Shown here one piece after another: positions 1-9,899 of a DNA stretch of 58,457 nucleotides (the stretch's first letter is position 1; every line of letters starts with the position of its first letter). The stretch lies in contig JBBQRQ010000021.1 in NCBI GenBank assembly GCA_038214755.1, positions 1 through 58,457 on the forward strand, in the 5' to 3' direction. Source of the stretch: Verrucomicrobiota bacterium. Its GTDB lineage: Bacteria; Verrucomicrobiota; Verrucomicrobiia; Limisphaerales; CANJXF01. A model generated the notes under the pieces. That model was not told the origin of the DNA. It saw only the letters and a program-made list of their open reading frames with translations, and made no database searches. The position numbers were made by a program, and so were the translations under genes.

Positions 1-3000
1 GGTTCACATCGGCAGGAGGATTTTTTTCGTCGTGCGCCGCAACTTTGATCGCCGTGGTGGTGCGGTCGTCGAAGTAAGTTGTTTGGTCATTCAACAAAGC
101 GAGCGCGTGTTGGATTTCTTTTTCGTTTGGTTTACGGCCAACGCAGAGTCGAAACGCATATTCAGCTCGAGCGCGATCATTCTTGCCGCCTTCTTTCCAA
201 ACTCGCAACGCCATCGCCTGCGCCGCTTCCTGAAAAACCGGATCGTTCAAAGTCGTCAGCGCTTGCAACGGCGTGTTCGAGCGCAAGCGGCGCGGGCAGG
301 AAAAATCGGCGTTGGGCGCATCGAAAATTGAGAGCGACGGATACGGCACCGAGCGTTTCCAAAACGTGTACATGCCGCGACGAAAACGATTCTCGCCAGT
401 TTCAATTTCCCATTTCATCGGGGCACCGTAACCGAGGCCTAACACGCCATCGGGAATCGGGGGATAAACACTTGGCCCGCCAATTTTAGCCGTGAGCAGT
501 CCACTCGCGGAAAGCGCAATGTCTCGAATCACTTCCGCTTCGACGCGAATGCGGGGCCCTCGCGCGAGCAAACGATTGTACTGATCGCGTTCGTAAAGCT
601 TTGGAGTGACAACCGAAGATTGGCGATACGTCGCCGAGGTTGCGATCATCCGATGGATTTCCTTTATGCTCCACTGGTGTGCGATAAATTCCGTCGCGAG
701 CCAATCCAACAATTCGGTATGACTCGGTTTCTCGCCCTGCGTCCCCAAATCTTCCGCCGTCATCAACAGTCCGCGCCCAAAATATTCCTGCCACATTCGA
801 TTCACGATCACGCGGGGCGTCAGCGGATTTCTTTTGTCGGCAATCCATTTCGCAAACGCGAGCCGATCCATCGGCTGATTGGTCGCGAGCGGGTGCAGCA
901 CCGACGGAACATTTGGACTGACCAGATCGCCGGGTTTATGAAAATCGCCGCGTTTGAAAATATGCGTTTCGCGCGGATTTTCCTTTCGATTCAGCAGCAC
1001 CAACGTCGTCGTCGCCTTCGGCCATTTGTCCATTTCAGCATCAATTTTTTTATTGGCTTCGGCGAAATTCGTATTGCCCAAACGAAATGCGCTGAACAAT
1101 TCGTGCTGCTGCTCTTTGCTGCGTTTGTCGGAGGTGAGAGAAAGAACTTCCCGCAACTTTTTCGAGAGCGGATCGGCCTGCGGATGCTCGCCCGTCGTGG
1201 CGGAGAGGCGAAAGCGTCCGATGGTGTGTTGCCCGCCAAAAGTTTGGGTCAATGCGAACGTGAAAATCGTTCCGCCGTCGAAGCCAACCATCTCTCTCGT
1301 TTCAAAAACCGCTTTGTTGTCTTTGTTGCGACGACCCGGCCCGCCGTCATTCGCCCAGCCCGTTTTGTTCGTCGTCGTTCCATCAATTGCAGCCTCAACC
1401 GGAAAACCGGCTTGCGAAAAATCCGCCGTCGCACGTTGCAGCGCGACGCGATTGGTTTTCGCCGGATCACTTTCTGGCGCCGCTTCGACGCTGAATTCGC
1501 TCAGCACAAAATTTCCATTGTCGGCGCGACCCGGCCCGTTCGAGGGAAGATTTGGGTCCGTCAACGCTTCAAGCTGAAAGCCGGTAATGCCTTTCAGTTT
1601 TGTTTTCGCGGTGACGGTGTAACCGGAAACGGGCGGACTCGAAGCTGTGGCCAGAAGAGAGTTGTCGTTGAGCTTGTTGAACTTGGTTCCGACCGCGCCG
1701 TAAAACTTTTCCGGCTCCAAAACCGTCCAGTCGCGCACGAGGTCCTGCATCTTCTTTTCCCACTCCTGCATTTGCATCACGGTCTCCGGCCTGGCGAGCA
1801 ACTCATCTTCAATCTTTAAAATGCTCGCCAGAATTTCCGCGCGCTTTTTCTTTTGCTCTGCGGTGGGCACTTCCATCATCGGCTCGTCGTCGTTATTCAG
1901 GAACGCGAAGAGTTGATAATATTCCTTCTGCGAGATGGGATCGTATTTATGGTTGTGACACTGCGCGCAATTGATCGTCAGCCCGAGAAAAGATTTCCCG
2001 ACCGTATCCACGCGATCAATAATTGACTCAATCCGAAACTGCTCCGGATCGACTCCGCCCTCTTCATTCACCATCGAATTGCGCAAAAATCCGGTGGCAA
2101 CTTTTTGTTCCGTCGTGGCGTTGGGTAGTAAATCTCCGGCGAGTTGTTCGATGGCAAATTCGTCGAACGGCATGTCGCGGTTGAATGCGTTGATAACCCA
2201 ATCGCGATACGGCCAGATGGTGCGCGGCAAATCTTTTTCGTATCCGTTGGAATCGGCGTAGCGCGCGACATCGAGCCAATGCCGGCCCCAACGTTCGCCG
2301 TAATGCGGCGACGCGAGCAATCGTTCTAAAACTTTCTCATAAGCATCAGGACTTTTGTCGGCGATGAACGCATCGATTTCCGCAATCGTCGGCGGAAGAC
2401 CAAGCAAATCCAGACTGAGTCGGCGCAGCAGCGTCGCGCGCTCCGCTTCCGGCGACGGCGTGAGATTTTCTTTTTCCAGTCGCGCCAAAACAAAATTGTC
2501 GATGGGATTGCGCGCCCATTTTTTATTTTTCACCTGCGGAATCGGCGGACGAACGGGAGCTTTGAAGGACCAATGATCGCGGTTGTTGACGATTTTGGTC
2601 GAAGCGCTGTCCGGCCAGATTGCGCCTTGATCGATCCAGGCGCGCAGCAAACCAATTTGTTGGGCGGTGAGTCGTTCACCTTTTTGCGGCATGATTTTTT
2701 CTGGATCAAGTCCGGCGACCAGATGAATCATTTTGCTCTCAGCGCTTTTGCCGGGAACGATGACCGGCCCATGTTCGCTGCCCTTCAACGCGATTTCTTT
2801 CACGTCCCACCGCAACTCGGCTTCCTGTTTTTTCGGGCCGTGGCAACCGAGGCAGCTTTGGGTAAAGATCGGTTGGATGTCTTTGACGAAATCAATTTTG
2901 GTCGCGGCGGCAGCAGGCAACTTCGTCAAATCCAAATCGGCACCGATCGCTTTGGCGGCGAGAGATGCTAAAGCCAGAAAGAAAAAAATTCGCGAACGAA

Positions 3001-3040
3001 TTTTTTTCTGCAGGCTGCCATTGAGTGTCAGACAAAACAT
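1..3040 (-). CDS. Planctomycete cytochrome c / DUF1549 / DUF1553 (PSD1-type) protein, 3' end runs off the window
   Basis: Absent from the ORF track, consistent with no stop before base 1. Both ends translated by hand in the same frame from ATG 3040: signal-like N-terminus, [18 protein letters not shown] heme motif, then [24 protein letters not shown] and [12 protein letters not shown]. Confidence 0.88.
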   Translation of the reverse strand, partial: MFCLTLNGSLQKKIRSRIFFFLALASLAAKAIGADLDLTKLPAAAATKIDFVKDIQPIFTQSCLGCHGPKKQEAELRWDVKEIALKGSEHGPVIVPGKSAESKMIHLVAGLDPEKIMPQKGERLTAQQIGLLRAWIDQGAIWPDSASTKIVNNRDHWSFKAPVRPPIPQVKNKKWARNPIDNFVLARLEKENLTPSPEAERATLLRRLSLDLLGLPPTIAEIDAFIADKSPDAYEKVLERLLASPHYGERWGRHWLDVARYADSNGYEKDLPRTIWPYRDWVINAFNRDMPFDEFAIEQLAGDLLPNATTEQKVATGFLRNSMVNEEGGVDPEQFRIESIIDRVDTVGKSFLGLTINCAQCHNHKYDPISQKEYYQLFAFLNNDDEPMMEVPTAEQKKKRAEILASILKIEDELLARPETVMQMQEWEKKMQDLVRDWTVLEPEKFYGAVGTKFNKLNDNSLLATASSPPVSGYTVTAKTKLKGITGFQLEALTDPNLPSNGPGRADNGNFVLSEFSVEAAPESDPAKTNRVALQRATADFSQAGFPVEAAIDGTTTNKTGWANDGGPGRRNKDNKAVFETREMVGFDGGTIFTFALTQTFGGQHTIGRFRLSATTGEHPQADPLSKKLREVLSLTSDKRSKEQQHELFSAFRLGNTNFAEANKKIDAEMDKWPKATTTLVLLNRKENPRETHIFKRGDFHKPGDLVSPNVPSVLHPLATNQPMDRLAFAKWIADKRNPLTPRVIVNRMWQEYFGRGLLMTAEDLGTQGEKPSHTELLDWLATEFIAHQWSIKEIHRMIATSATYRQSSVVTPKLYERDQYNRLLARGPRIRVEAEVIRDIALSASGLLTAKIGGPSVYPPIPDGVLGLGYGAPMKWEIETGENRFRRGMYTFWKRSVPYPSLSIFDAPNADFSCPRRLRSNTPLQALTTLNDPVFQEAAQAMALRVWKEGGKNDRARAEYAFRLCVGRKPNEKEIQHALALLNDQTTYFDDRTTTAIKVAAHDEKNPPADVN

Positions 3041-3060
3041 AAATATTTGGAAATCCTGAA

Positions 3061-3139
3061 GGAGCGCGGCTGTGTCGCAGACCAGCCGCAGCATTTCACC
3101 ACGCGCGGCGGCTGGTCGAGGACGACACAGCCGCGCTCC
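3061..3139. repeat. Palindromic element family A (GGAGCGCGGCTGTGTC...GACACAGCCGCGCTCC)
   Basis: Inverted arms; second copy at 38933-39018. Confidence 0.85.
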
Positions 3140-3359
3140 GCAAAATTTCGATTAGGACGCTACGCATTTGTTGAGACGCGAAATAGAGACGCTTCCGCCG
3201 TGAATATATTCTAAATTTCTCCCGGAACAAGAACCCGAATCGGATGAGAGCGGAGCGGCTCCGCGCATCGTCACGAAGCGCGGCGTGAGCCGTTGCTTTC
3301 ATTCTTGCGCAGCTTGATAACTCCAAAACTCAATGTTAGCGTGCGCGCCCTTTTAAAAA

Positions 3360-6300
3360 ATGGATTACAAAAACACATTGAATCTGCCGCGCACCGACTT
3401 TCCGATGAAAGCTGATCTCGTCGTGCGCGAGCCACAGCGTTTGGAAAAATGGGAGAAGGAGAATCTTTACGGAAAAATTCAAGACGCGCGTAAAGACGCG
3501 GAAAAATTTGTTCTGCACGATGGCCCGCCGTTTGCCAATGGCGACGTTCACATCGGCACCGCGCTCAACAAAATTCTCAAAGACATCATCATCAAATATA
3601 AAACGCTGCGCGGTTTCAGCGCGCCGTATGTGCCGGGCTGGGATTGTCACGGTTTGCCGATTGAGTTCAAAGTCTCCCAGGAAATGCGCAAGGCGGGCGA
3701 CACGTCTGCCGATGCTGCGACGATTCGCAATGCTTGCGAAACTTACGCGCGAAAATTCATCGACATCCAACGCGCGCAATTCAAACGCCTCGGAATTCTC
3801 GGCGATTGGGAAAATCCTTATCTCACCTTGAACAAGGGATACGAAGCCGACGAATTGCGCATGTTCGCCGACATCGTTGAAAAAGGTTTTGTTTATCGCG
3901 GAAAAAAACCCGTTTACTGGAGCATCCCGTGTCGCACCGCGCTCGCTGAAGCCGAAGTCGAATACAACGATCACGTCAGCCAAAGTATTTACGTAAAATT
4001 TCCTGTGGTCGCGCAGGCTTCCAGCCTGCAAGTTGCGAAGCTTCCAGCTTCGTCGAAGCAGGATGCCTCTGGACCCGCAGACAAGATGTCTGCGCTACAA
4101 AAAACGTTCATCGTCATCTGGACAACGACGCCGTGGACGCTTCCCGCCAATCTCGCGATCGCCTACAATTCAACTTTTAGTTACTCGCTCATTCGCGCCG
4201 GCGACGAAGCGTATATTGTGTCGACGCTGTTGCTCCCGAACGTGGCGGAAAAATGTGGTTGGGCGAATTACGAAATCGTCCGCAGTTTGGACGCGGAAGA
4301 TTTGCCGCGCCTCCAGTATCAACATCCATTTTGCAATCGCATCGGAAAACTTTTCGCGGGCGATAATTTTGTCGAGAGCAGTACGGGAACTGGATTCGTC
4401 CACATCGCGCCTGGCCACGGGCTCGACGACTACAATCTCGGTCGTCAAAATAATTTGCCGATTTATTCGCCGGTCGATGACGATGGCGCTCTGGCCTACA
4501 CCGATGATTTGCCCATCGAACAACAGATGCCCCCCGAGCTTGTCGGCAAATCCATTTTGGAAAAACACGGCAAGAGCGATGCGAACGTCGCGGTGTTGCA
4601 CGAACTGCGAATTCGCAACGCCTTAATTCATCAGGAGAATTATCATCACAGCTACCCATTTTGTTGGCGGAGCAAAACGCCGATCATTTTCCGCGCGATG
4701 AACCAGTGGTTTCTAAAGATCGATCACACGCCCGGTGCGACTGGAATCATCGCAACTGAAACTTTTCGCTCTCGCGCCGAGAATGAAATCGGTCGTGTCG
4801 TGTGGATTCCCGCGTGGGGCACGAATCGAATCAGGGCGTCGGTACAATCTCGTCCCGATTGGTGCATCTCGCGCCAGCGGACCTGGGGCGTTCCCATTCC
4901 GGCATTTTACGACGCGCAAGGAAATGGAATTCTCGACGCCGAAATTGTGCGCAACACCGCAAACTTAATCGAGCAACACGGCTCCAACATTTGGTTTGAA
5001 AAATCATTCAGCGAACTGTGGCCTCTCGTAAAACCTGCGCTTTGGAAAGGAGTGGAGCCGGTTTCCAAATCTACCGACACGCTCGATGTCTGGATCGATT
5101 CCGGCTCGTCATCGCGCGCCGTCTTGATGCGCCGAGGCGAGTTGCAACACGACGTAGCGCAGGCTTCCAGCCTGCAAGTTACTGCGGCTTCCAGCCGCGA
5201 GTCTGCGGGCAGGATGCCCGCTCAACCTGCAGACAGGATGTCTGCGCTACGATGGCAGGCGGATGTTTACCTCGAAGGCAGCGATCAACATCGTGGTTGG
5301 TTTCAATCTTCGTTGCTGCTCTCGCTGGCTGCGAACGGCGTCGCGCCATTCAAAACCGTCTTGACGCATGGCTTCATGGTCGATGCCGACAAAGAAAAAA
5401 TCTCCAAAAGCAAACAAGCTCAAGCCGGTTACGAAAAGCCGCAAACCGCCGAAGCATACGTGAAAAAATATGGCGCGGACATCGTGCGACTTTGGGTGGC
5501 GTCGCAGGATTATCGCACTGATATCGTCGTGAGTGAGGAGCGCATCAACAAGGTGAGCGAAACCTATCGCGGCATCCGCAACACGTTGCGCTATCAACTT
5601 TCAAACCTCTACGATTTTGATCCGGCGAAACATTCTGTCGCCGATGAAAATTTGACCGGGCTTGATCGCTGGATTCTCGCGAAATTTTCAGAGTTGGAAA
5701 AAGAAATCATCGCGGCCTACGACGCCTACGAATTCCACGTTGTCTATCAAAAAATTTCTCAATTCGTGGCCGTCGAACTTTCGTCCATCTATCACGACGT
5801 TGTAAAAGATCGTCTCTACACCGACGCCGCGAATTCCCATCGCCGCCGCTCGACGCAAACCACGCTCCATCGAATCGTGACGGGATTGTGCAAGATGCTT
5901 GCGCCGATTCTGGCGTTCACCGCGGATGAAGCGTGGGAGTTTGTGCCGGGAAAAACGGTGGAGTCCATTCATCGAACGGAGTGGTTGCCGACAGCATTTT
6001 CCATTTCTGAAGCTGAACAAACCAATTGGAGAGCTTGGTTCTCTTTGCGTGACTTGGCGTTGCTCACTCTGGAAACAGCGCGGCAAACCAAACTGATTGG
6101 GAAATCTCTTGAAGCAAAAATTATTTTGGAAGAAGTGCCGAAAGATTTCAGCGATTCGCCAGAAGTTCGAGAAGCTTTGCGTGAGTTGGTCAATGTTTCC
6201 GAGTTGATGGTGGATGATTTCGCGCCGCCGAAAGAGCGAGACCCAAAGGCTTATTGGTCGGCCATGCGGGCCGACGGCCAAAAATGCGAGCGCTGCTGGC

Positions 6301-6386
6301 ATTGGGAAACGGACGTCGGTTCAAATCCCGACCATCCCACAATCTGCGCGCGTTGCGTTGAAGCGGTGAAAAGTTGCGCCGGGTAG
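3360..6386 (+). CDS. ileS: Isoleucyl-tRNA ligase (type 1) with two in-frame repeat insertions
   Basis: HDGPPFANGDVHIGT, GWDCHGLPIE, WTTTPWT, DWCISRQR, EGSDQHRGWF, KISKS and a C-terminal CERC..CARC zinc finger. Confidence 0.97.
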   Translation: MDYKNTLNLPRTDFPMKADLVVREPQRLEKWEKENLYGKIQDARKDAEKFVLHDGPPFANGDVHIGTALNKILKDIIIKYKTLRGFSAPYVPGWDCHGLPIEFKVSQEMRKAGDTSADAATIRNACETYARKFIDIQRAQFKRLGILGDWENPYLTLNKGYEADELRMFADIVEKGFVYRGKKPVYWSIPCRTALAEAEVEYNDHVSQSIYVKFPVVAQASSLQVAKLPASSKQDASGPADKMSALQKTFIVIWTTTPWTLPANLAIAYNSTFSYSLIRAGDEAYIVSTLLLPNVAEKCGWANYEIVRSLDAEDLPRLQYQHPFCNRIGKLFAGDNFVESSTGTGFVHIAPGHGLDDYNLGRQNNLPIYSPVDDDGALAYTDDLPIEQQMPPELVGKSILEKHGKSDANVAVLHELRIRNALIHQENYHHSYPFCWRSKTPIIFRAMNQWFLKIDHTPGATGIIATETFRSRAENEIGRVVWIPAWGTNRIRASVQSRPDWCISRQRTWGVPIPAFYDAQGNGILDAEIVRNTANLIEQHGSNIWFEKSFSELWPLVKPALWKGVEPVSKSTDTLDVWIDSGSSSRAVLMRRGELQHDVAQASSLQVTAASSRESAGRMPAQPADRMSALRWQADVYLEGSDQHRGWFQSSLLLSLAANGVAPFKTVLTHGFMVDADKEKISKSKQAQAGYEKPQTAEAYVKKYGADIVRLWVASQDYRTDIVVSEERINKVSETYRGIRNTLRYQLSNLYDFDPAKHSVADENLTGLDRWILAKFSELEKEIIAAYDAYEFHVVYQKISQFVAVELSSIYHDVVKDRLYTDAANSHRRRSTQTTLHRIVTGLCKMLAPILAFTADEAWEFVPGKTVESIHRTEWLPTAFSISEAEQTNWRAWFSLRDLALLTLETARQTKLIGKSLEAKIILEEVPKDFSDSPEVREALRELVNVSELMVDDFAPPKERDPKAYWSAMRADGQKCERCWHWETDVGSNPDHPTICARCVEAVKSCAG
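4008..4098. repeat. Palindromic element family B, in frame in ileS (copy 1)
   Basis: GTCGCGCAGGCTTCCAGCCTGC...GCAGACAAGATGTCTGCGCTAC, read as VAQASSLQ...PADKMSALQ. Confidence 0.88.
5154..5250. repeat. Palindromic element family B, in frame in ileS (copy 2)
   Basis: GTAGCGCAGGCTTCCAGCCTGC...GCAGACAGGATGTCTGCGCTAC, read as VAQASSLQ...PADRMSALR. Confidence 0.9.
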
Positions 6387-6483
6387 CACCTGCCTCCCCG
6401 TAGTCAGAGCCAGGCCGACCGGTTTGGCCACGATTCAAAAAATAATTGTCGCTCCTCTCAAATCACGGCAGTCTCCGCGCCTC

Positions 6484-7848
6484 ATGCGAGAAGTGAACAT
6501 CGGAATGATCGGCGGCGGCGTGGTCGGCAGCGGAGTATTTCACGCGTTCCAAACGAACGGCGCGCTGATGCAGTCACGCCTCGGCCTCAAAATCAATTTT
6601 CGCAAAATCGCCGTCAAAGCCTTCGATGAACCGCGACCTTACGATATTCCAAAATCATTGATGACCCTCGCCTGGCAGGAAGTGGTCAACGATCCGAAAG
6701 TGGATGTTGTCATTGAACTCGTCGGCGGAACTGGCATCGCCCGGACGATGATTTTGAGCGCGCTCAAACTCGGCAAGCCGGTCATCACCGCGAACAAAGC
6801 GTTAATCTTTGCGCACGGCGAAGAACTTTTCTCCGCCGCGAAAAAATTTGAGACGAATCTTTACTACGAAGCCAGCGTGGCCGGCGGGATTCCGATTATC
6901 AAAGCGTTGCGCGAAGGGTTTGTCGGCAATCGCATCACGCACCTTTATGGAATTGTCAACGGAACGTGCAATTACATTTTGACGCGGATGAAACTTGAAG
7001 GCTCAGACTTCGATTCGACTTTGGCCGACGCGCAAAAACTGGGTTACGCCGAAGCCAATCCGTCGCTCGACATCGATGGCTTTGATTCCGAACACAAAAT
7101 CGGAATTCTCGCTTCCCTCGCGCACGGGTTCTGGGTGAAGCCGGAAGAAATTTACGTCGAAGGCATTCGTTCCGTGACGAAAACCGACATCGAATTTGCG
7201 AACAAGCTCGGCTACACGATCAAGTTGCTCGGCATTGTGAAGTTGATTGACGATTTAGGATTTACGATTGACGCATCAAAAAATAAATCAGCGCGCAAAT
7301 CCAAGATCGTAGATCGTAAATCCATCCAGGTTTCAGTTTACCCGGCGCTCATTCCCAACGCGCATGTTCTGGCCAATGTGAATCACGTTTTCAACGCTGT
7401 CTTCGTTCGCGGCGATATTGTGGGTGACACACTTTTTTACGGACGCGGCGCGGGCAAAGACGCGACCGCCAGCGCGGTCTTGAGCGACGTGGCCGATGCC
7501 GCGCTTGATTTGAAATACGAGTCGAAGCAACGCATTCCTCCCTTCGTGCCGCATGAAGACGATGGCGTCGTGTTGCCAATCGAGGAAATTATTTCGCGCT
7601 ATTATCTGCGCCTTTCCGTGACCGACCGTCCCGGAACTCTCGCCAAAATTGCCGCGATATTGGCGCAGTTGAAAATTGGAATTTCATCTGTCATTCAGCC
7701 CGAAGGACACGAGGGCGAAAGCGTGCCGCTGATTTTCATGATTCACGACGCGCCCAACTCCGCGATGAACAAGGCGCTGGCGAAGATCAAAAAGTTGCCG
7801 GTCATCAAAGCACCGCCGGTAATGATTCGCGTGGAAAATTTTGAGTGA
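6484..7848 (+). CDS. hom: Homoserine dehydrogenase with C-terminal ACT domain
   Basis: IGMIGGGVVGSG, ITANKA, YEASVAGGIPII, GIVNGTCNYIL, YGRGAG..TASAV and DRPGTLA ACT motif. Start placed at ATG 6484. Confidence 0.95.
   Translation: MREVNIGMIGGGVVGSGVFHAFQTNGALMQSRLGLKINFRKIAVKAFDEPRPYDIPKSLMTLAWQEVVNDPKVDVVIELVGGTGIARTMILSALKLGKPVITANKALIFAHGEELFSAAKKFETNLYYEASVAGGIPIIKALREGFVGNRITHLYGIVNGTCNYILTRMKLEGSDFDSTLADAQKLGYAEANPSLDIDGFDSEHKIGILASLAHGFWVKPEEIYVEGIRSVTKTDIEFANKLGYTIKLLGIVKLIDDLGFTIDASKNKSARKSKIVDRKSIQVSVYPALIPNAHVLANVNHVFNAVFVRGDIVGDTLFYGRGAGKDATASAVLSDVADAALDLKYESKQRIPPFVPHEDDGVVLPIEEIISRYYLRLSVTDRPGTLAKIAAILAQLKIGISSVIQPEGHEGESVPLIFMIHDAPNSAMNKALAKIKKLPVIKAPPVMIRVENFE
7245..7322. 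repeat. Inverted heptamer arrays in frame in hom
   Basis: gattgac gatttag gatttac gattgac ... aaatcca agatcgt agatcgt aaatc. Confidence 0.7.
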
Positions 7849-7865
7849 CTCTGTATGGTAATTCC

Positions 7866-8093
7866 ATGAACACGGTTACTGAAATTTCTAATGCGCTCCC
7901 CGCACTAAACAACGAAGAACTTCGCCAAGTGGAACGCGCCCTCATCAGCATTTATCGGCAACGGCGGACTGGAATCATCTATGACGACGCTTACGGCGTG
8001 TGGACGGAAGAGGATCAAATGTCAGTCGCCGATCAAACTTTTGCGCTGATGGATGCCGAGGAACAAAAACAGAAAAAGGCGCGGAAACCATGA
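7866..8093 (+). CDS. Putative antitoxin (small helical protein)
   Basis: 75 aa; ATGA overlap with downstream MazF-like gene; TATGGT lies 6 nt before the ATG. Confidence 0.7.
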   Translation: MNTVTEISNALPALNNEELRQVERALISIYRQRRTGIIYDDAYGVWTEEDQMSVADQTFALMDAEEQKQKKARKP

Positions 8094-8404
8094 GTTTGCC
8101 ACAGCGGGGAGAAGTCTGGTTGTGCGACTTGGGTATGATCGCAAAAGTGCGACCAGTTCTTATTCTCAGCGTTCCCTTCGGCGACCGGGACTACGCGCTT
8201 TTTCATATTGTTCCACACACCACGGCGGTGAGGGATTCGCAATTTGAAGTTCCCTCGACTGTCTCCTGGCTGCATCGGGGCGTTTTTAATATCCAAGGTT
8301 CGCAGTCAGTTCCGCGCAGCAACCTTCTCCGATTACTGGGAACTTTGACCAAAGATCAGTTGGCGCAAATCGAAGGATCATTCCGGCGTTGGCTGAAATT
8401 GTAA
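8090..8404 (+). CDS. PemK/MazF family toxin
   Basis: PQRGEVWLCDLG..KVRPVLILS..IVPHTT, C-terminal LGTL..DQLAQIE. Confidence 0.88.
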   Translation: MSLPQRGEVWLCDLGMIAKVRPVLILSVPFGDRDYALFHIVPHTTAVRDSQFEVPSTVSWLHRGVFNIQGSQSVPRSNLLRLLGTLTKDQLAQIEGSFRRWLKL

Positions 8405-8408
8405 CCCA

Positions 8409-9773
8409 ATGGCCGCACTTCTTTTTCGCAGCACTAACGAACAATCGCCCGCAGTCAATTTGCGCGACGCGATGCTGATTGGCCAAGCGCCGGACCGCGG
8501 ACTTTATTTTCCAGAAAAGTTCCCGCGACTCACCCCAGACGAAATCGCCGCGTTTGCCAAACTGCCTTATCACGAAATCGCTTTCCGCGTTTTGTCGCGT
8601 TACACCGAGGGCGTGATTCCAGACGGCGCGCTCGCCGCGATGTGCCACGACGCTTACAACTTTGTTATTCCACTCGAAAAAACTTACGACCGCGTCCACG
8701 TCATGCGGCTCGATCAAGGCCCGACCGCATCGTTCAAAGATTTTGCCGCGCAGATGATGGCGCGAATGTTCGGACATTTTCTGCGCGAAACTGGAAAGCA
8801 ACTCACTATTCTCACCGCCACCAGCGGGGACACAGGCGCGGCGGTGGCGCACGCGTTTCACAACATTCCCGGCGTGCGCGTCATCGTGTTATTTCCGTTC
8901 GAGGAAGTGAGCCGGTCGCAACGCAAGATGATGACCACGCTGGCCGACAACGTCCGCACCGTGGCGATTGACGGGAAGTTCGACGATTGCCAGGCCATGG
9001 TGAAACAAGCCTTCGCCGATCCCGCGCTCAACCACATTCCGCTGTCGTCGGCGAATTCGATCAACATTGGCCGCCTGCTGCCGCAGAGCGTTTATTATTT
9101 TTACGCCGCGTCGCGCGTCGCGAAACCCGGCGAGCCAATCGTCTTCTCCGTGCCGAGCGGAAATTTCGGCGACATGATGGGCGCAGTCGTCGCCGGACAA
9201 ATGGGTCTGCCAATCAAGAAACTCATTGCGCCCGTGAACAGCAACGATGCCTTCCCGCGATTTCTGGAAACCGGTCATTACGAAAAAATTGTGCCGTCGC
9301 GCAACGCCGTTTCCAATGCGATGAACGTGGGCCATCCCAGTAATCTGGCGCGGCTCGTGGCCGTGTATGGCGGGCGCATGGACGAGACGGGCAGGATTCA
9401 TCAGATGCCCGACCTCGTCGCGATGCGTCGTGATATTTTTTCCAGTTCTGTTTCCGATGAACGCACGCGCGAAACGATTCGCGAAGTGTGGACTAAATAT
9501 GAATTATTGCTGGAAGCGCACGGCGCGGTCGCGTGGCGCGGATTTCTCGACTGGCTCAAGGTTGAATCGCTGGAGGATGGTCCCGCCGTGATTCTTGAAA
9601 CGGCGGATCCCGCGAAGTTCCCGGAAGAAATTGAAAAGACGATTGGCTTTTCGCCGGACGTTCCGCCCGCCATGGAGGCGATGAATAAATTGCCGGAGGA
9701 TTTTGATCGCATGGACGCGGATTACGAGAAGTTCAGGAAATATTTAATCCAGAAGGAAATTTCGTTGTTTTGA
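8409..9773 (+). CDS. thrC: Threonine synthase
   Basis: GQAPDRGLYFP, GPTASFKDF (PLP lysine), ATSGDTG, SANSINIGR, VPSGNFG, ETADPAKF. Confidence 0.95.
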   Translation: MAALLFRSTNEQSPAVNLRDAMLIGQAPDRGLYFPEKFPRLTPDEIAAFAKLPYHEIAFRVLSRYTEGVIPDGALAAMCHDAYNFVIPLEKTYDRVHVMRLDQGPTASFKDFAAQMMARMFGHFLRETGKQLTILTATSGDTGAAVAHAFHNIPGVRVIVLFPFEEVSRSQRKMMTTLADNVRTVAIDGKFDDCQAMVKQAFADPALNHIPLSSANSINIGRLLPQSVYYFYAASRVAKPGEPIVFSVPSGNFGDMMGAVVAGQMGLPIKKLIAPVNSNDAFPRFLETGHYEKIVPSRNAVSNAMNVGHPSNLARLVAVYGGRMDETGRIHQMPDLVAMRRDIFSSSVSDERTRETIREVWTKYELLLEAHGAVAWRGFLDWLKVESLEDGPAVILETADPAKFPEEIEKTIGFSPDVPPAMEAMNKLPEDFDRMDADYEKFRKYLIQKEISLF

Positions 9774-9899
9774 ATTTGCGCGAGTCGAATCCAATTGTTG
9801 TCCGCCGGTAACATTCCTTTGGCCTCAATTCGCTGATGACCGCCGTATTTGAATTGTCAGTTGAGCGCGCTTCACAAACGGTTTAACTTCGCTTTCGCC

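Noticed and set aside
620..1819. 399-aa plus-strand ORF
   Set aside because: Antisense shadow of the DUF1549/1553 gene on the minus strand.
3140..3359. T-box riboswitch upstream of ileS
   Set aside because: One hairpin near 3255-3292, but no T-box consensus or terminator recognised.
3531..3560. HIGT and KISKS in place of HIGH and KMSKS in IleRS
   Set aside because: Judged to be within normal class I synthetase motif variation; not evidence of inactivation.
4008..5252. Inteins in IleRS
   Set aside because: Only 31-33 aa, with no C/S...HN splice motifs; explained by DNA palindromes.
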